From positions 10,894,537-10,958,536 of the forward strand of contig CM082577.2 of the NCBI GenBank assembly GCA_040954595.2: 64,000 nt of DNA, given 5' to 3'. Numbering within the stretch: position 1 is the stretch's first letter; each line of letters opens with the position of its first letter. The notes below the pieces were generated by a model. It worked only from the letters and a program-made list of their open reading frames with translations. It had not been told where the DNA came from and ran no database searches. Both the position numbers and the translations under genes were made by a program. This DNA comes from Balanoglossus misakiensis. Taxonomy: Eukaryota; Animalia; Hemichordata. Positions 38,248-64,000 of the stretch are shown in pieces.

Positions 38248-39615
38248 TAATGGGTATGTATATACAATAATAGAAGTTTTCCACCACTGAGTGTAGGGAT
38301 TGGTAGACAGGGCATGGCCGGCTAAATCCAAGGGGGTGATCACATGTGAATGAACTTTACAGTATTTTCTACATCATCGAATTCTTATCTTTTTTAATAC
38401 TTCTGTGGCTTTGTGGTAACTATTTTCGTCATATAAAATTCGTCTTGCGCATAGCACCTTAATTAACGCGGTGACATAATCTCTGCAACTTTAAAGGGCG
38501 TGTTACCATGCCAACGTTTGAATCACACTCAACCAAAAAGTTTTGAATTCTCCACTTTGACACAGCATACAATAGGAGGCATACACAACATGTAGAGAAG
38601 AAAATTCACATGAGACAATCATCATACATATATGTTTTAATCAGTGTCAAAAAAAAATTCCTGCAGAAGTAATAATACCCGTCCAAGTGTGACCTCGGCA
38701 CGTAAAATTTGTTTTCTTGTCCACTGTGCGATTCATGCGCAGGCTATGCGATGAGGCAATGGTACTACCAATACATTGATGCAAATTGAGATATTTGTGT
38801 CACGAAAATATATATGGTTATTGAGATTACAGTTTTGTTCTAATCATTTTCTCGAAACTCGAAGAGGTCACTTCACATGTCCAGCTTGTTCGTAAAATGG
38901 AAACCAGCAGTGCTATATACAAAATTACAAATCGTAAATATGATATCCGAATCGTTTATGCTCATTACATTGATAAACATATGAAAGTTTGGCTCTAAAA
39001 ATTGGATTCGCTAAAATGTTGCGTGTTTGGTTTTGCTTATAGGTTAACAATACGAGATCGCCTACTCAAATATGCAACAGTTGATGAGATAATAATAAGT
39101 GCACCAAATGTCACGGTGCGATTCCCTTGTTACATGTGTATCCGATTAGCTTGTTTGAGTGAGTTTTATTTTGCATTACAGATCCTGCATAGACGGTTTT
39201 TCCAGAGTTGGTACCTTGCTCACCGAAAACGCGAATTCCCAATTCATAATGATAACGTCCTGTGAATGCGCGTGTCGTTCACGTGTCTCGTAATACATGT
39301 ACCATAATATGAAGTTACTATGACGTTGTAGACTTTAATTATGCATGCTTCCCGATTCCAGTTATAAAATACTCACGGAGAAAAGGTGAAGTGACCGTTG
39401 CGTTTTGTCGTCTTCCTGGCATCATCAGTCGGCTTACTTACAGGTCTATGCTTACATTTATCAGTCCATGACTGCACGCACGCGCACACACCATAAAGGC
39501 CGTTCTGAAGCTTCTAAAGATCAGATATACCGTCTTAAAAAATGGTTCTTTGATGTTCTTCGCGTGAAATGCTATTCAGGTAACACGCGTATCAGTCTTT
39601 TTCTTCAATGGAATG

Positions 39616-42600
39616 CTATCCTTTCAAAGCAGAAAATGTGTTTGGTAGAGCATTCACAATGCGATCCCTGGCGCCGGACCATGCACCTGGTCCCTGCAGA
39701 CGATACCAGTATGGAACCATTGGGCCATACTCAAACAGCATTGCTAGTTTAGGATCCTTTAGAAGAAGCCACCAGAAAGATGGTTTAACACCAAGAAATT
39801 CAGCTGCGTCTTCGATAACAGTCGGAAACGGAAGCTGTGCATAAAAAGGGAGATATAATACGTTATAACATTGTATGTTATTAAATGATGTGATACACCA
39901 TGATGCAAGATAATTAAAGAGAACAGCGAAAATGGTACAGTATAATATTCGGACAAATTTCGTAATACTGTATATCATACATAAGATGTTGTTTCAGAAA
40001 TCTTAATTTTCCTTAATCCTAAGATACGGGACAGCCTGTGTCTGTGATGTATTTGTCCTTTGACCGTCCAGTAAACATAAACGACGCTGTGAAGTCATTT
40101 TACCGAAATTGCACCCTTGTTCGGCATGTTCAACAGTGGAAAACAAAACGCACAGTCTTCATAACAATTGGGGTTACAACGCCTGTCTCCTTCTTCAGGG
40201 TGGATTTCTCTATATATCTTTCTGAAAGTGTATGCTTTTACGGGGTAAGGCTCTTGATAAATGAGCCCTAACTATACAATCTCTGAAAGACGCTGACGTT
40301 CGCGTTGCATCGCCGAGTGTGTACAGTGTTAAATACTAAACCCTTACGGCACTGGCTTTGTTTCCTGTGATGTTTGTTGGCCTCTGTTCAGTTTCCCGCT
40401 GCATTGTTGCTCTGTCAGGTAGACCGATTTTCCCTGCAAAAACTCTTGCCGCCAACCTTGCGTGAATTTCCGCAACAGGCCAGCGTGGCCCCATGACCGA
40501 CACCGTGTCTATTAAGGCCAATCTCTCTGGATTGTCAAGGCGGGCAGGAAATATGTACTTGTACAAGACGACGTTGTCTGATTCATCTGTAAAGGCAAGT
40601 GATGGATATTTGATGTTACAATACATTTTAGTAAACGGCCTATATGTTTAAAAATGCACTAAATATTGATATGACACCAATTGCTTACAATTGCCTAATT
40701 GCCGGTGTCAGATTCGGGAAAATATGAGCTTAGAAAAATATGACTACTATACCTTACGCATCTATTATAATATTACCATAAATCCATTGTTTGTCAATAA
40801 GAGGTACATCCCATTGATATCCCGTAGCAAAAATAACGGCATCGACATTTTCCAATGTAGTGCCATCTTTCAGTATGACGTCATTGTTTTGGAACTCTTT
40901 AATTCCCACCACGCGTGTGATTTGACCTTGTGCAACCCGGTCCTGCATGTCATCACTGATTAAAAAGTCTAAATGTGTTGGATCTACATCTTTGCTCTGA
41001 AAAAAAGGTATAATAATTAAACAAATCTTGATATAAAGCTATTGCATTTGATGAGATCGAGAAATTATATGACAATTTGACTAATCTTCCGTACTCCTAA
41101 GATTTACTAAAATCAATAAAGTGGACACAGATGCAAACAGTGCAAGAAAGGCAGAAAAATACGTCAAAAGTTAAATGGCTGATATCAAACATTCTTTTCG
41201 TTGGTGATAAACAATGCCCTCTGGCCAATATATCACCCTCTGTTAGAAACACCCACACATATGCGGAACGGTATAGTATACCTACTTGGAGACCGAATAC
41301 ATTCTGGTCACATACTCTGGTTCCGTATAACTTTTGCACAATCGAGAATAGTTTTGACGGCGACTTGGTTACTGATCGTGTCAGAATGGCCATGTCACAT
41401 GGCATGCCATCTCGTCCTATGCGCGGAAAAAATGAGACGCCGTGGCGCATACTCAAGTATACCTGAAAAGAAGGGCGCCAGTTAGCATGGAGAGTGTGTC
41501 CTGGTAGTAGTCGAAAATGTGCAACAACATATGTTGATCGTCAGCTCTATCTGTTTTAATGTAAGCCCGGTGTCATTCAATCTTGTGTTTACTTATTTAT
41601 TTTATTCATCCACCTAGGATAGGATGACTGAAACCTATACAAAGCAAGTACCATGGCCCATTGAGAAGTAATAAGTGCCTTGCTCAAGGGCACAGCATTA
41701 TGGCCATGAAGGCACCGTCCTCAGATAGAAAATCCGGGTCTTGGAACGAACCTAAAAACTAGGCCACGATGCCTCCTATTTTATCAACGGATTGGGTTCA
41801 CAATATAAACAAACAGCAGAATTCATTTTACGACGATTGGCTACAAGAAAGAGCTGGTGCACACAGGTTTTGAAACTCATTGTTAAAGTCTCAACAAAAT
41901 ATGGAATTTTGAAAATGTATGCGGAGTTATTGCAGAAAGCTTCATAATCCTGTAAGGTTGCCATAATTTGTGAGGAAGTCATTTACGAACCTGTCCACCG
42001 TTACGAGCGACTTCAGAAGAAATGTCACAACCAGTATAGGAACCACCTGTAAAATGAGTTTATCAATATTAGTAACATATTAAATAGTTTATTCAATCTG
42101 TGTGCCTCTCTTTTGCTGCATTTATGCCTGTGGACATTAAACTGAGCTTAATTATTCAAATGTTATTAAACTTGAACTACTATACATGTATGTCCAGAAG
42201 ACACATAAACTAAATTTAAACATGTCAGTCATCAAAGCAGTCCAACTTTAAAATGCACTCGATCAAGAATTGTCCATTTGCACAAAGAGTAATATATAAC
42301 ATCTGAAAAAAATATTTGTTTTATACAAATCTGGCCAATCATTCAAAATTCCCATCAGCGCTTGTGACTTGGGGCCAATTTTGTTAACTGTGAATTTGGT
42401 ATTTCAAACAATTTCACCAAAGCTATTGACTATGTGTTCATTTACAAGGTGGGAACGAAGAAAGGTTGATTCTGTCTTACCAACTACCAAGACTTTCTTC
42501 CCTTTGAATCGGCTACTTTCCCGATATTCATTCCCGTGGATCTGTATTCCCTTAAAGTTTTCTTGGCCAGGGTAAACGGGAGTACTTGCTTTGCTATAGG

Positions 42601-44649
42601 TGCCGGTACACACCATGACGTGATCGAAGTTTTCGACGGAAGCTGTGCCGTCACTGGTCAGCAGCTGGAGCCTCCAGTACTCGTTCCCGTCATGCTTTTC
42701 GAGTTTGGTCACCTTTGTGTCGAATTTGATGTACTTTTCAAGGTCAAAGTGGGCTGCATACTCTTGCAAATATTTAATGCAGAGCCGGTGACCAAAATAC
42801 GGTGGATATTCCTTTGGAAAAGGAAAATCCGAAAAGGAGATCATTTCTTTGCTTATGATGGTCACCAGAGAATCATACACGGCACCGCCTTGTTCAGGCC
42901 GCAATTCAGGGGTGTGGTACCATAATCCACCTGAAAAGAAAGTCCATGATAAGTGTCTATTGCCCTGCACTGTTCCGTTTTCACTAAATAAAACATGTTC
43001 TCCAACTTCTGCTGACATATAAGCTTGTCACAGAGGGCAGGATATGGCATTAATGTAAATTAAAGGGACAAAGTCTCTCTCTCACTACCCTTTTTCCATT
43101 AATTATGTTTGATACAAGACACCATTTATGTTATTCTACATGTGGATATATAGTGAATCAACGTTCGACCTCACAACACTTCCATCCCGTTTGTAGGATA
43201 TGAGAGTAAAAATCTTGCCAAATTAATAAACGGTAAAGACCAATTATTCATTTTTGCGAGTTTTTCACTCTTGTGTCTACAAGTGGGATGGAAGTTGTGT
43301 GTGGTTGAATGTTGATTCACTATATATCCACAGTAGAATAACATAAATGGTGTCTTGTATCAAACAAAATTAATGGAAAAAGGGTAGCGAGAGAGGGACT
43401 TTGTCCCTTTAAAGAAAGGTCCCAGTAAGTCAAGAACAGCAATGAATGGAGACTGGTATTTAGGGCATGCCGTAACCTCTACTCTAGTCGTCTGGAAGAG
43501 CGCCACATACAGGTCATGCAAAGAGTCCTTCCATGATCATAGATGATTTTGTTGTCAATTTTAAAGTGAAAGCTTTGACTTACTCGAGCGTTACACGATC
43601 ATTGAATACTGCGAGGTTGAAAGTTCACATCTCGAGTGAAATTCGTGAGTACACTTTGAAAATCGACGGGAATTTTGTTGAATGTTTCCGTGACCTTGAT
43701 AATGAAAGGATTTGCAGGGTGAGAAAAATATCCGAATGCTGACATATTTGTCGGTCATTTAATCGAATTGTGCCATTTCGGTTCATTTCGCCAGCCAAAT
43801 TCTCGACCCATGTTGCGTTGGCGTGACAATCACTCAAGACGTTGCGGGTATGTCCCACCGCCTGGGCCGCGGTCGGTGAATGACTTTGCGCAACAGCGGA
43901 AGACAAAGTCTTCAGAACTGGATTGTACTTGGCTACTGACCCATGCATATGTAAAATTTGGGTGACTGGGAGCTTACATACTCGTGGATCGCCGAACAAG
44001 TCACGTCCGACCAATTGTATTCGACACAACAGTGCAATAATGGACTAATTACATCCCTATTTCATTTCACGATCTGTGCGAATTTTTATATAAACCGCGC
44101 CGACCAGCATACGTGTGTGGCGAAAACTATATCGTTAAACGCATGTCAAATATTCTCCAAGCTCTCGCATCAGTGGCGGGCTATACCAGGTGACCAATAT
44201 GGCTAAATGTTGACCAATTTTGCCAGCGTCATTTGCATTCTGGGTGACAGAGACCATATGCGATATCGAACAATTGTCACAGGTATAAACCACAATGAAA
44301 GAAGCAACACCATTGTGTTCTCGGCCGTTTTGTGTGGGAGTTTAGTCAAAAACTAGAACAACGTGAACCATTTTAATTCACTGAGGGCGAAACTTAACCA
44401 ACCCGCGGTGTTTCGTTACCAACCAAGGCAGTCAAATACAGATTCTGGTAGACTGTTTTCAATCTCAATCATGGTCTTGTTGTTTAAGGGGACACATGGC
44501 ACAACCTGTTTGCTTCAGACTTGCTCACCTAGTTTGTCGTGTCTCTCAAAACAGGTCGGCTCCAGACCATCTTCTTCGAGGCAACTTTTGATTGATACCA
44601 GACCAGAAACTCCAGCACCTATGATAGCCACACGTTTCTTGGTCGTCAT
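39616..44649 (-). CDS. Flavin-containing monooxygenase (FMO family), ~493 aa; exons 44649-44529, 42930-42481, 42046-41991, 41462-41286, 40996-40777, 40586-40348, 39834-39616
   Basis: [11 protein letters not shown] (FAD), [29 protein letters not shown] (FxGxxxHxxxY), [17 protein letters not shown] and [13 protein letters not shown]. All introns are GT-AG and the frame stays open. Confidence 0.92.
41651..41776 (-). mobile_element. tRNA-derived SINE fragment in an FMO intron
   Basis: Minus strand starts GGAGGCATCGTGGCCTAG (A-box-like) and contains GTGCCCTTGAGCAAGGCACTT, a common SINE core motif. Confidence 0.55.
43064..43408. mobile_element. Near-palindromic Kolobok-type MITE (345 bp) in FMO intron 1
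   Basis: AGGGACAAAGTC...GACTTTGTCCCT with arms of ~150 bp. TTAA at 43060-43063 and 43409-43412. Confidence 0.92.
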
Positions 44650-46634
44650 AGTGGTAACTGAATTTCTGCTTACAAGACACCGATTCTACGATATGCCAGT
44701 TCTCTTTTAAGTACAATAACGTAAGGCCCCTTAGCTCCTACCTGAATAATTGTTCGTTAATGTAAAATGTCCTTGACCTATGGCGACCCATACTTGACAG
44801 TCACTTTTATTGAATCACAGCGCCGCCAGCGACAGCAATGGAGCAGGGGTGTATGCCCTTGCTGTATAAACTTCCTGCCTCACATACTGAGAATTTAACA
44901 GGGCTTGTGAGTAAATTGTTAACTGTAATATACTTCGATTATAAAGCATTGGGTTTGATACTCGTAAGAATTAATGCAGAATTTGTTACAATACGAATAG
45001 TAAACAATGTGAACGGTGTCATTTTTTTTTACAAACCTTCAGTTCTCTGGGCACTCGCCTGATGGGGGAGGAATCCATCAGAAAGAAGATATCTGGTTAG
45101 TTAAATCACATGAATAGATAGTTGTATAGTACCTTGCATGAAGCACACATCATCTGACAACAATATCACTACATACAAAGATCTCTTGATGTTGAAATGC
45201 CCGCTTTGTGTGCAATCAATGACCCTGAAGATCTAATGTCGTAGTCGAAGCAATTGTGTTTGTCAATCTGTTTCTGTCTGCCTCTCTGTGTCTAAGGCCG
45301 TTCACATTACTCAAAAAAGGCTAGGCCCTTGTCATAGCAAGGTATGTGGCCCAGCAAAAAAAGGTGTTAATGAGTCTGGCCGATCCTTGTCCGGACAATT
45401 TTGGTACCAGTCGAATGGGGTGATAGTTTGTGCTCGACTCTGGTCCGACTCTGGTCCCACCCCGGTGTGTGTGAACACGTTTTGTCCGACTCTGGTCCTA
45501 GTTGACGCCTTTTACAATTGACATAAACAGTGTAGTCTGTCACTTGACAATTGTGTAAATCGTACAAGCAACGAGAAGAGGACCAACATGGTTCTGCTTT
45601 ATAAGGTCAAAGGTTGGTGGTGGTTGGCGAGACAACATCGGCCAGGACTGTGCCAAACACATAGATATACTTAGTTCGGCCGAAAGGATTCAATCAAATT
45701 CGATACACAAATACATTTCAGCATTAAGTGTGAAAGGTTAATGTAACAATGGACTGCCGAGATCGAGGTCCCTGTAGTCATGTATCTGACAGAGTAAAGG
45801 CTAGTGACGACAATTTGAAGAGCTGGACTTAGTTTATTACTGGTAACTTAGTTGTTACACGGCTGATGGTTCTCGGGTGTTCTCCTGTTCTGACAGAACA
45901 CGTGTCTTCAAAAGAGACAATCATCAACGCAGCCAAAAGTCAAAACCATGCACGGACATCTGACAAAACAAAGAAATGAATATGTTTCAAAAATATTAAG
46001 GCAATCCTGCCCCATTTTATTTTATATTATTTAATTGTTTTGTTTCTACAATTGTGACTGTGAAGCACGGTGAACATATACTTACAGCACATACAGGATG
46101 ATGAAGTTGTAAAACACTACTACTCCAATGTTGCGATTACTTTCTGGAATTCATGAAAGTGAAACACATGAAATTGGAGGACTATACTGTTTACTGTCAC
46201 CTGCGTATATAGGAACATTGCTGTGGATACAATAGCGACGTAGTACAACCGTCGATGTAGTTTTTCCATCGTTGAGCGAAAACCCTGACGTGTGTGGTGT
46301 ATTATATGCACGCCTTTACAACCGCAACTCTCCTGTCCACACGAGATTACTTCTTCATGCTATAGGCGTGTAATGTTTTCGATCAGCTTTATGTACAATT
46401 GTCTCCACATAGTACTATAATTTAACCTGAAGTGAGACTTAGGTGCATCAGCAGTGACCGACCTGAGAAAAGGTGATGCAATACCAAAAATCAAAATCTG
46501 GAAATGTGGAAGAGGAGATTCCGAAGAACTTCATATTAATCTTTCCTATTTGATGGAATGGCGATGTATTTAAACATAAATGATGAATAAAGAAGAGATT
46601 CGTGTAGCCATTTTAGCTTACCAAACACTTACAC

Positions 46635-46680
46635 CATCCATCGCCATCCATCCATCCATCCATCCATCCATCCATCAACG
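46635..46680 (+). repeat. (CATC)n microsatellite
   Basis: Repeated CATC units. Confidence 0.9.
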
Positions 46681-48239
46681 CATCCATATACTATTATTAG
46701 GAAGCGCATTAAAGCCTGAAATATCGTTATATGCCGGAGCAAAGTTTGGTGTCATACCAATCAGTGATTTTATATTTTGCGAGGACATATGTTTTAATTA
46801 CCCGATGAGTCTTGCTTATACATATTGAAAGCTTGTATGGAAACAATTTACGGATATCACACGACATGGACAGATGTAAACTAAGATAAGATTGAAATAA
46901 CTTGTGGTAGACATCTTACTAGCGGTTTCTGAGAAGAGGAGATGAATTTAAAATGGCGTCAGATATAGAAAATGTAACCACAACTTACACAACTTTGTCA
47001 TGTTCAACGGACATGCATTACAACTTGAAAAATCTACACTTTGGTCACATCACGTGACATGAATGTTTAAATGATATATTTTTTTAAGAATAAGGACACT
47101 GTCGACACTTATTCTATGTACCAGGGCTTTGCTTTGTTTTAATAATCATATATAATGTAAGTGTTATAACGATACTGGAGTAAATAAAAATAATATGTAA
47201 CTATGTAACAGGTTTGACCTGGGAGAGAGCGCAGCAAGTTTAACTTATATCATCACAAATTTTGTGTTAAACAGGGAGATGAGGGTTCTTTTTAAACAAA
47301 AGTGAAGGATTACAAAAAAGTTTATCACACAAAAAGAAGCACTTTGTTCTCTGAACTGATATAGGTATAGCCATGTTATTGTTAAGTGTCTCTTCTCTGG
47401 CAATTTTTTTAAAAACAATTCTTCTCTGGTATATTATATACTGCCTAAAACATTGTTAGGTTACACAACAAAACTTGGAATAAATTCGCAACAAATGGTA
47501 AAATAAAGTTATGAAAACATATCTGCTACAATGTAAATTGACATGTCATTAATATGTAGTACTCTTATTTATGATTTTTCTACAAGATAATGTATACATA
47601 GTCGTCGTTTACGATATAGTAACAATCGTTAAAACACCTTTCAGGGTTGAGATAATTATTTTCTCGTTTTGACTTTTAAGAAAATGCTTCAAACTGGGCT
47701 CAGTATATAGCAGTCCATCATGTCAAAAGAATATTCAAGCATCACATACAGCCTAACTAGTCTGCATAATGCTTTCAGCTATTCGAGTATACAGGACGTC
47801 TAGTTTAGAATCAAGGCGCAACTCGCGTGTATTATGCACTTTTATAAGTAATACATACAGTGTCTATAATGGGCTACAGAATTTATTTAGTACTGCGATA
47901 TGGAACATGTAAATTGTGATTCAAAATGAAGGTGTTATCATTTATCATTGCCAGATGAATTGCATTTTCTGAGCCCTCCTGTACGTGATATCTGTAATAA
48001 AAATAAAAGATGATGAATAATATACAATAAACTACAGATTAATTGGTTTTTGGAAGGACATCTTGATAAAATCACAGATCATTTATTAATCTCAATTAGA
48101 CAATGAACACGTGTGCTACTTAGCATATTTGATTTAAGTTCTGTAATTGTACACACTGCCTGGCAGTGTGGCAGCAGTAACAGTAGCATGTGCTAATGGT
48201 GGTGGTTGTGGTAAAAAATAGGTGCACATACCTCTCATG

Positions 48240-60248
<12,009 letters not shown>

Positions 60249-61077
60249 AGAATTTGGCTGAAAACAACAAAACAACCACGATTATAGACAGATAGTCGGG
60301 TTTGCAAACATGCATTTGTTTATTTTATTTTATATGTTCAGATTTATATTCATGCATTTTAATTTTACACGTGCATTGTGTTTTAGGTTACAGACCGCCC
60401 TCTACAGGGGATGGGCTTACATGCAATTGTGCCTTAGATGGGGGGGGGGGGTGGTGGTGGTCGCAACATTGATCTGCCTCCTGTTGAATTTCACCGCCAA
60501 GTCAGCACAGTGTGCTTGGCACGGGTTGGCGTTGGCGTTTTTGAGGCCCACACGTCTGTGGTAGATTAATGTGTTTTACTGTTTGGTAAGTTTTCCTCGC
60601 CAGTTGATCTTTGACCTGTGACCTCCTTTGGGGTTTTGCTGTTGTTTTCTGCCATTTGTGGCGAGGAATTTTGTAATATTTACATACCTTTACATTCAAT
60701 TAAAACTCAAGAATACTTGGCCTTACGCTCCGTCTAATTAGTGCAGTGTTTATTTATCTCCCACATACAGGGCAAAATGACCAGAAGCGGTTGAATTCAA
60801 GTGCAGGGATATAAATATTGTCACTAATAAAGCACTCTGGGGAATTCCCACAAAAATCTGCAGTGTGGTAACGTGAACGAGGTTCCGATGACGACTGTTA
60901 CTGAAACGTTCGACTTGTGCGTGGACAAACCACCCACTTGTAAAGCTGGGCTTGGGTGACAGAACACCCGTCCCGACTCAGACGGACCAAATAAGCAATA
61001 GCACCGGAAAATAGACTTAAACCCACCGATCTAGCAAACCAGCCCCACAGAGGCGTACTAGTAATGCATAGAAATTT

Positions 61078-61650
61078 TTATAATAATAATGTTTTATTGT
61101 CTTTTAGGCCACCGGCCAATATGACAATAGCATGGTAAGATATATTACAGAACGAAATACAGCAACAACAAAAAAAGAAACATTAGGTCACCTTCAAGCT
61201 TTCATGAAAAATATTCTTTCCTCAAAATCATGGCTTTATGTACAAATTTGCCAAGATTTCTTAACACTGTTGGCGACTTCGACCTCATCAGTGTTAGAAA
61301 TTTCTCTTCGTAAATAGACTCAGAGTTGTCATGTGGTAATAAATATCTTAAGCTTTGATACAATGGGCATAAAAATATTACATGAAATTCATCCTCCACA
61401 CCTCCTGTACATATTTCACAGATTCTGTCTTCAAAGTCAATGTTGGCATAGCTGCCTTCCTGGACTCTTAAACCAAGACATGAACATCTCAATCGTGCTA
61501 GTGCATGTCTATGTTTTGGCTCTGTAATTTCACAAAGATATTTTTCTGGTTCAAGCATGCTTTTAAAATTACGATATGTACGAAGCCTGTCTTTTGTACA
61601 TACTTCACTGTACCACTCTTGTTTCTTGCATAGAAATGGATTTGAACGTA
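61078..61650 (-). mobile_element. 3' fragment of a non-LTR retrotransposon (RTE-X-like)
   Basis: LRTYRNFK...EKYL...LARLRCS..L.VQEG.Y...RICEIC..VEDEFHVIFLCPLYQSLR (CCHC), then AATAAA and an (ATT)n tail. Confidence 0.8.
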
Positions 61651-62082
61651 AATAAACGCAAAATAGCGGTAGCCAAGAGATTGGATCAGGAGCACACAAA
61701 GAGCTCTCAGAAGTGACTCAGAACGGGGAAAAGAGTTGGCTATATGCGCACATGACATGTGACCTAGTCTCCGCCCCTCAATGGGTGAGTGACATGCACG
61801 GGAACCCCCTACCTGAAAATCAGGGATTTTGCCTATTTTTCTCAATCACCTGCAAACCCATAGCGTGAGCCCCTCCACACCATTGGGCTACCAAGCGCGC
61901 ATGTAATGTCAGGTATTTCATGACGATACATTTACATACGCCTCCTTAGTCCATTTATGCACGCATTGCATAATATAAGCTTAGAAAGGACACTGGGAAT
62001 AATCTATTGGTTATAGATCACATACGTTTATCATACGACCCTTTTGAATTCACACTGGAATTAAATTTATGTTAAATGAAGA

Positions 62083-62730
62083 CAATAATTATTATGGGAA
62101 AGTCTATTATTCGAGATTCGGCCTTCGGCCTCAAACTCTCGGGCATCGGTCCCGATCGGCTACCCAAGCAGCACTGCGAGCGCCTGGTGTCCGTATTCTG
62201 AAACGCTACAAAGAACACGTACACTTTAGGTTGACGTGTTCTGGTTTTCATTTGTGGTGAAATTCGGCGATGTCTTCACCGACCTTGCTTTATCCTTTGT
62301 CTGGCTGATTCTATTGTTTGCACAAGTATTGATAGAACCGTGTTGACGTACTCGGCCATGTGCAACAACCCTTTCAACGTTCACCTCTCCCACGGTGAGG
62401 TCAAATGTGCATAGCCCCCTGAAACAGTGCTGGCATTCCAACGAGAACTGTGCGCTTAAGGATGGGCGATCAGTAAAGTTGAAAATATTGTCATTTCTTT
62501 TACTTGTGGATTTTCTGTTTCTCATTTGTATACGAATAATGAAAACCGCAATACAATACGGGGGTCACCGCGCTTGTTTTCGAGGAAATACAATGCCGCG
62601 AATTTAGTCCAGAAGAAAACGGCTGAGTCAGAATTAACTAACTCTTGCGATATCTCACAATGATTGGAAAATAATCTTTTCGAAATCTTCTTATTCAACA
62701 ACGGATACTCTGAAGGGAATAATCTTTTTC
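62083..62730. mobile_element. Possible Crypton-like non-autonomous repeat
   Basis: Starts with a CGGCCTTCGGCCTC hairpin motif after an AT-rich end, like the element at 53.9 kb. Boundaries uncertain. Confidence 0.3.
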
Positions 62731-64000
62731 AGGTTTGGACACACCGGAGGACAACAGCTTTCTGTACCGTTACTGTAGCAATGTTAATGTCCTTCAGGAA
62801 ACAAAGTGTTTATTTTTAAAAGTATACATTTGGTCTAGAGGTCGTGAACAAAATTATTTCTTTACATACAGCAAATGGGTAAATATTTTACACTTTGGAA
62901 GTCATGAAACGACATTTTTTGTACACTGAGGTACACTTTATAGAGGTATTCCATGTATTCTTGATATCACAAAAGGTCAAACCATGGACGACTCTGTCCC
63001 CTTAAGTATAGCCGCATCTTCCAAGGCGATTATATTCGCGCACCGGTACTGTGGCATTTTCTGATGGATTTCCCGCGCAATATCGATTCCGCAAGTTCAA
63101 AGCACTATGACGTCAGCTTCAGAGTGGGGTGTACATTCACATGCAGTTTTATCATCATTGTTATTGTCCTTGACTCGACACTGCCCGTTAGCTATTCAAA
63201 AACGAGCACCAGGAAATAACCTTGGAAAAAAGAGACGGTGACACAGAACGCATCGCTTCTTTTGTTGATATCGGCCTGTGTACTAGTGTGACGTGTGCAA
63301 AACATACACGCGCATGCGCATTTGTTTTGCATGTGTTCAGCCGCCATTTTGATTTCTATTGGAGTTGAAGCTCCATCTTTTACTTTCCTATCTGAGCCAT
63401 CCACCGTGGTCAGATGCCGTCAGAGTTTAATCAAATAGCAGATATCATTGGTAAGATGTTTATCTTGAGTCTGATATACCTTTTGTGAGTTATCTCCGAT
63501 GATTTCCAGAGTTATTAACAGTTTCCAGTACACTGTTGAATTTTCCTCTATTCTTATACATAGCGTCCATAGACGATGTGCATTTCTATGATCGCCGTTT
63601 ATGAAACATTCAAACTTTCCCAGTTTAATGTTTGAGACGATTTTACAGTTTACCGTTATATTGATCGATTCGAGACACTCTTGATGAATTCAGAGTATTC
63701 GCAGTTCTGAGTTTATATCGTTTTTGATAGAGTTAAAGTTCTATACAAACGCTATGCAGTTTGTACTGTCATTGCAAGTGTCCGTGCTTTACACTGCATT
63801 TACTGTACGATCTTAGGTGAGATAGATGGTTGATTCAGACGAGTTGCTGTTATTCTGAAGACTTACCTGTCACAGTCGGGGTGAGTTTGTCTTTCAGTGA
63901 AATGTATTTTCATAATTGTATTTGAAGTATTTTACAGTGGAAACGATTTCTGTATGCTTATACATGGGTTTACTATGCATTGTCATATACCGCGACCTGA

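Noticed and set aside
43625-44400. 134-aa ORF and neighbours in FMO intron 1
   Set aside because: No protein motif; looks like a decayed non-autonomous element whose ends I could not define.
45290-45520. GACTCTGGTCC short repeats, possible Harbinger-type MITE
   Set aside because: No matching TIR pair or TSD could be established.
63192-63960. Possible minus-strand LINE ORF1 remnant
   Set aside because: Interrupted frames, no diagnostic motif, and it runs to the window edge.

Overview
Eukaryotic, AT-rich, intron-containing genomic DNA, probably from a marine invertebrate animal (inference from gene and transposon content). It has three zones. (1) 1-20.3 kb is a nest of decayed transposons: piggyBac, DIRS, hAT, Tc1 and Academ-like remnants, a Kolobok-type MITE, and an HNH/BEN relic. 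(2) 20332-34810 is a 14.5-kb palindromic mobile element with ~7-kb near-identical inverted arms, Polinton/Maverick-type AGTAGT...ACTACT ends and a 6-bp target-site duplication (GGTTCA). It has no Polinton genes. Each arm instead carries a ~1220-codon DDE-transposase-like gene, a (GAG)n subterminal mosaic and a 203-bp tandem array. The centre is a 542-bp spacer that ends inside a truncated MITE. This is the most notable object in the window. (3) 35-61 kb holds three spliced host genes that I reconstructed exon by exon: a secreted single-domain Kunitz inhibitor, a flavin-containing monooxygenase lacking the conserved active-site Asn, and a ~1300-aa type II transmembrane serine protease (TM-mucin-LDLa x6-CUB x2-Fz-EGF x2-Fz-trypsin). 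All family assignments come from motif recognition by eye; no database searches were run.
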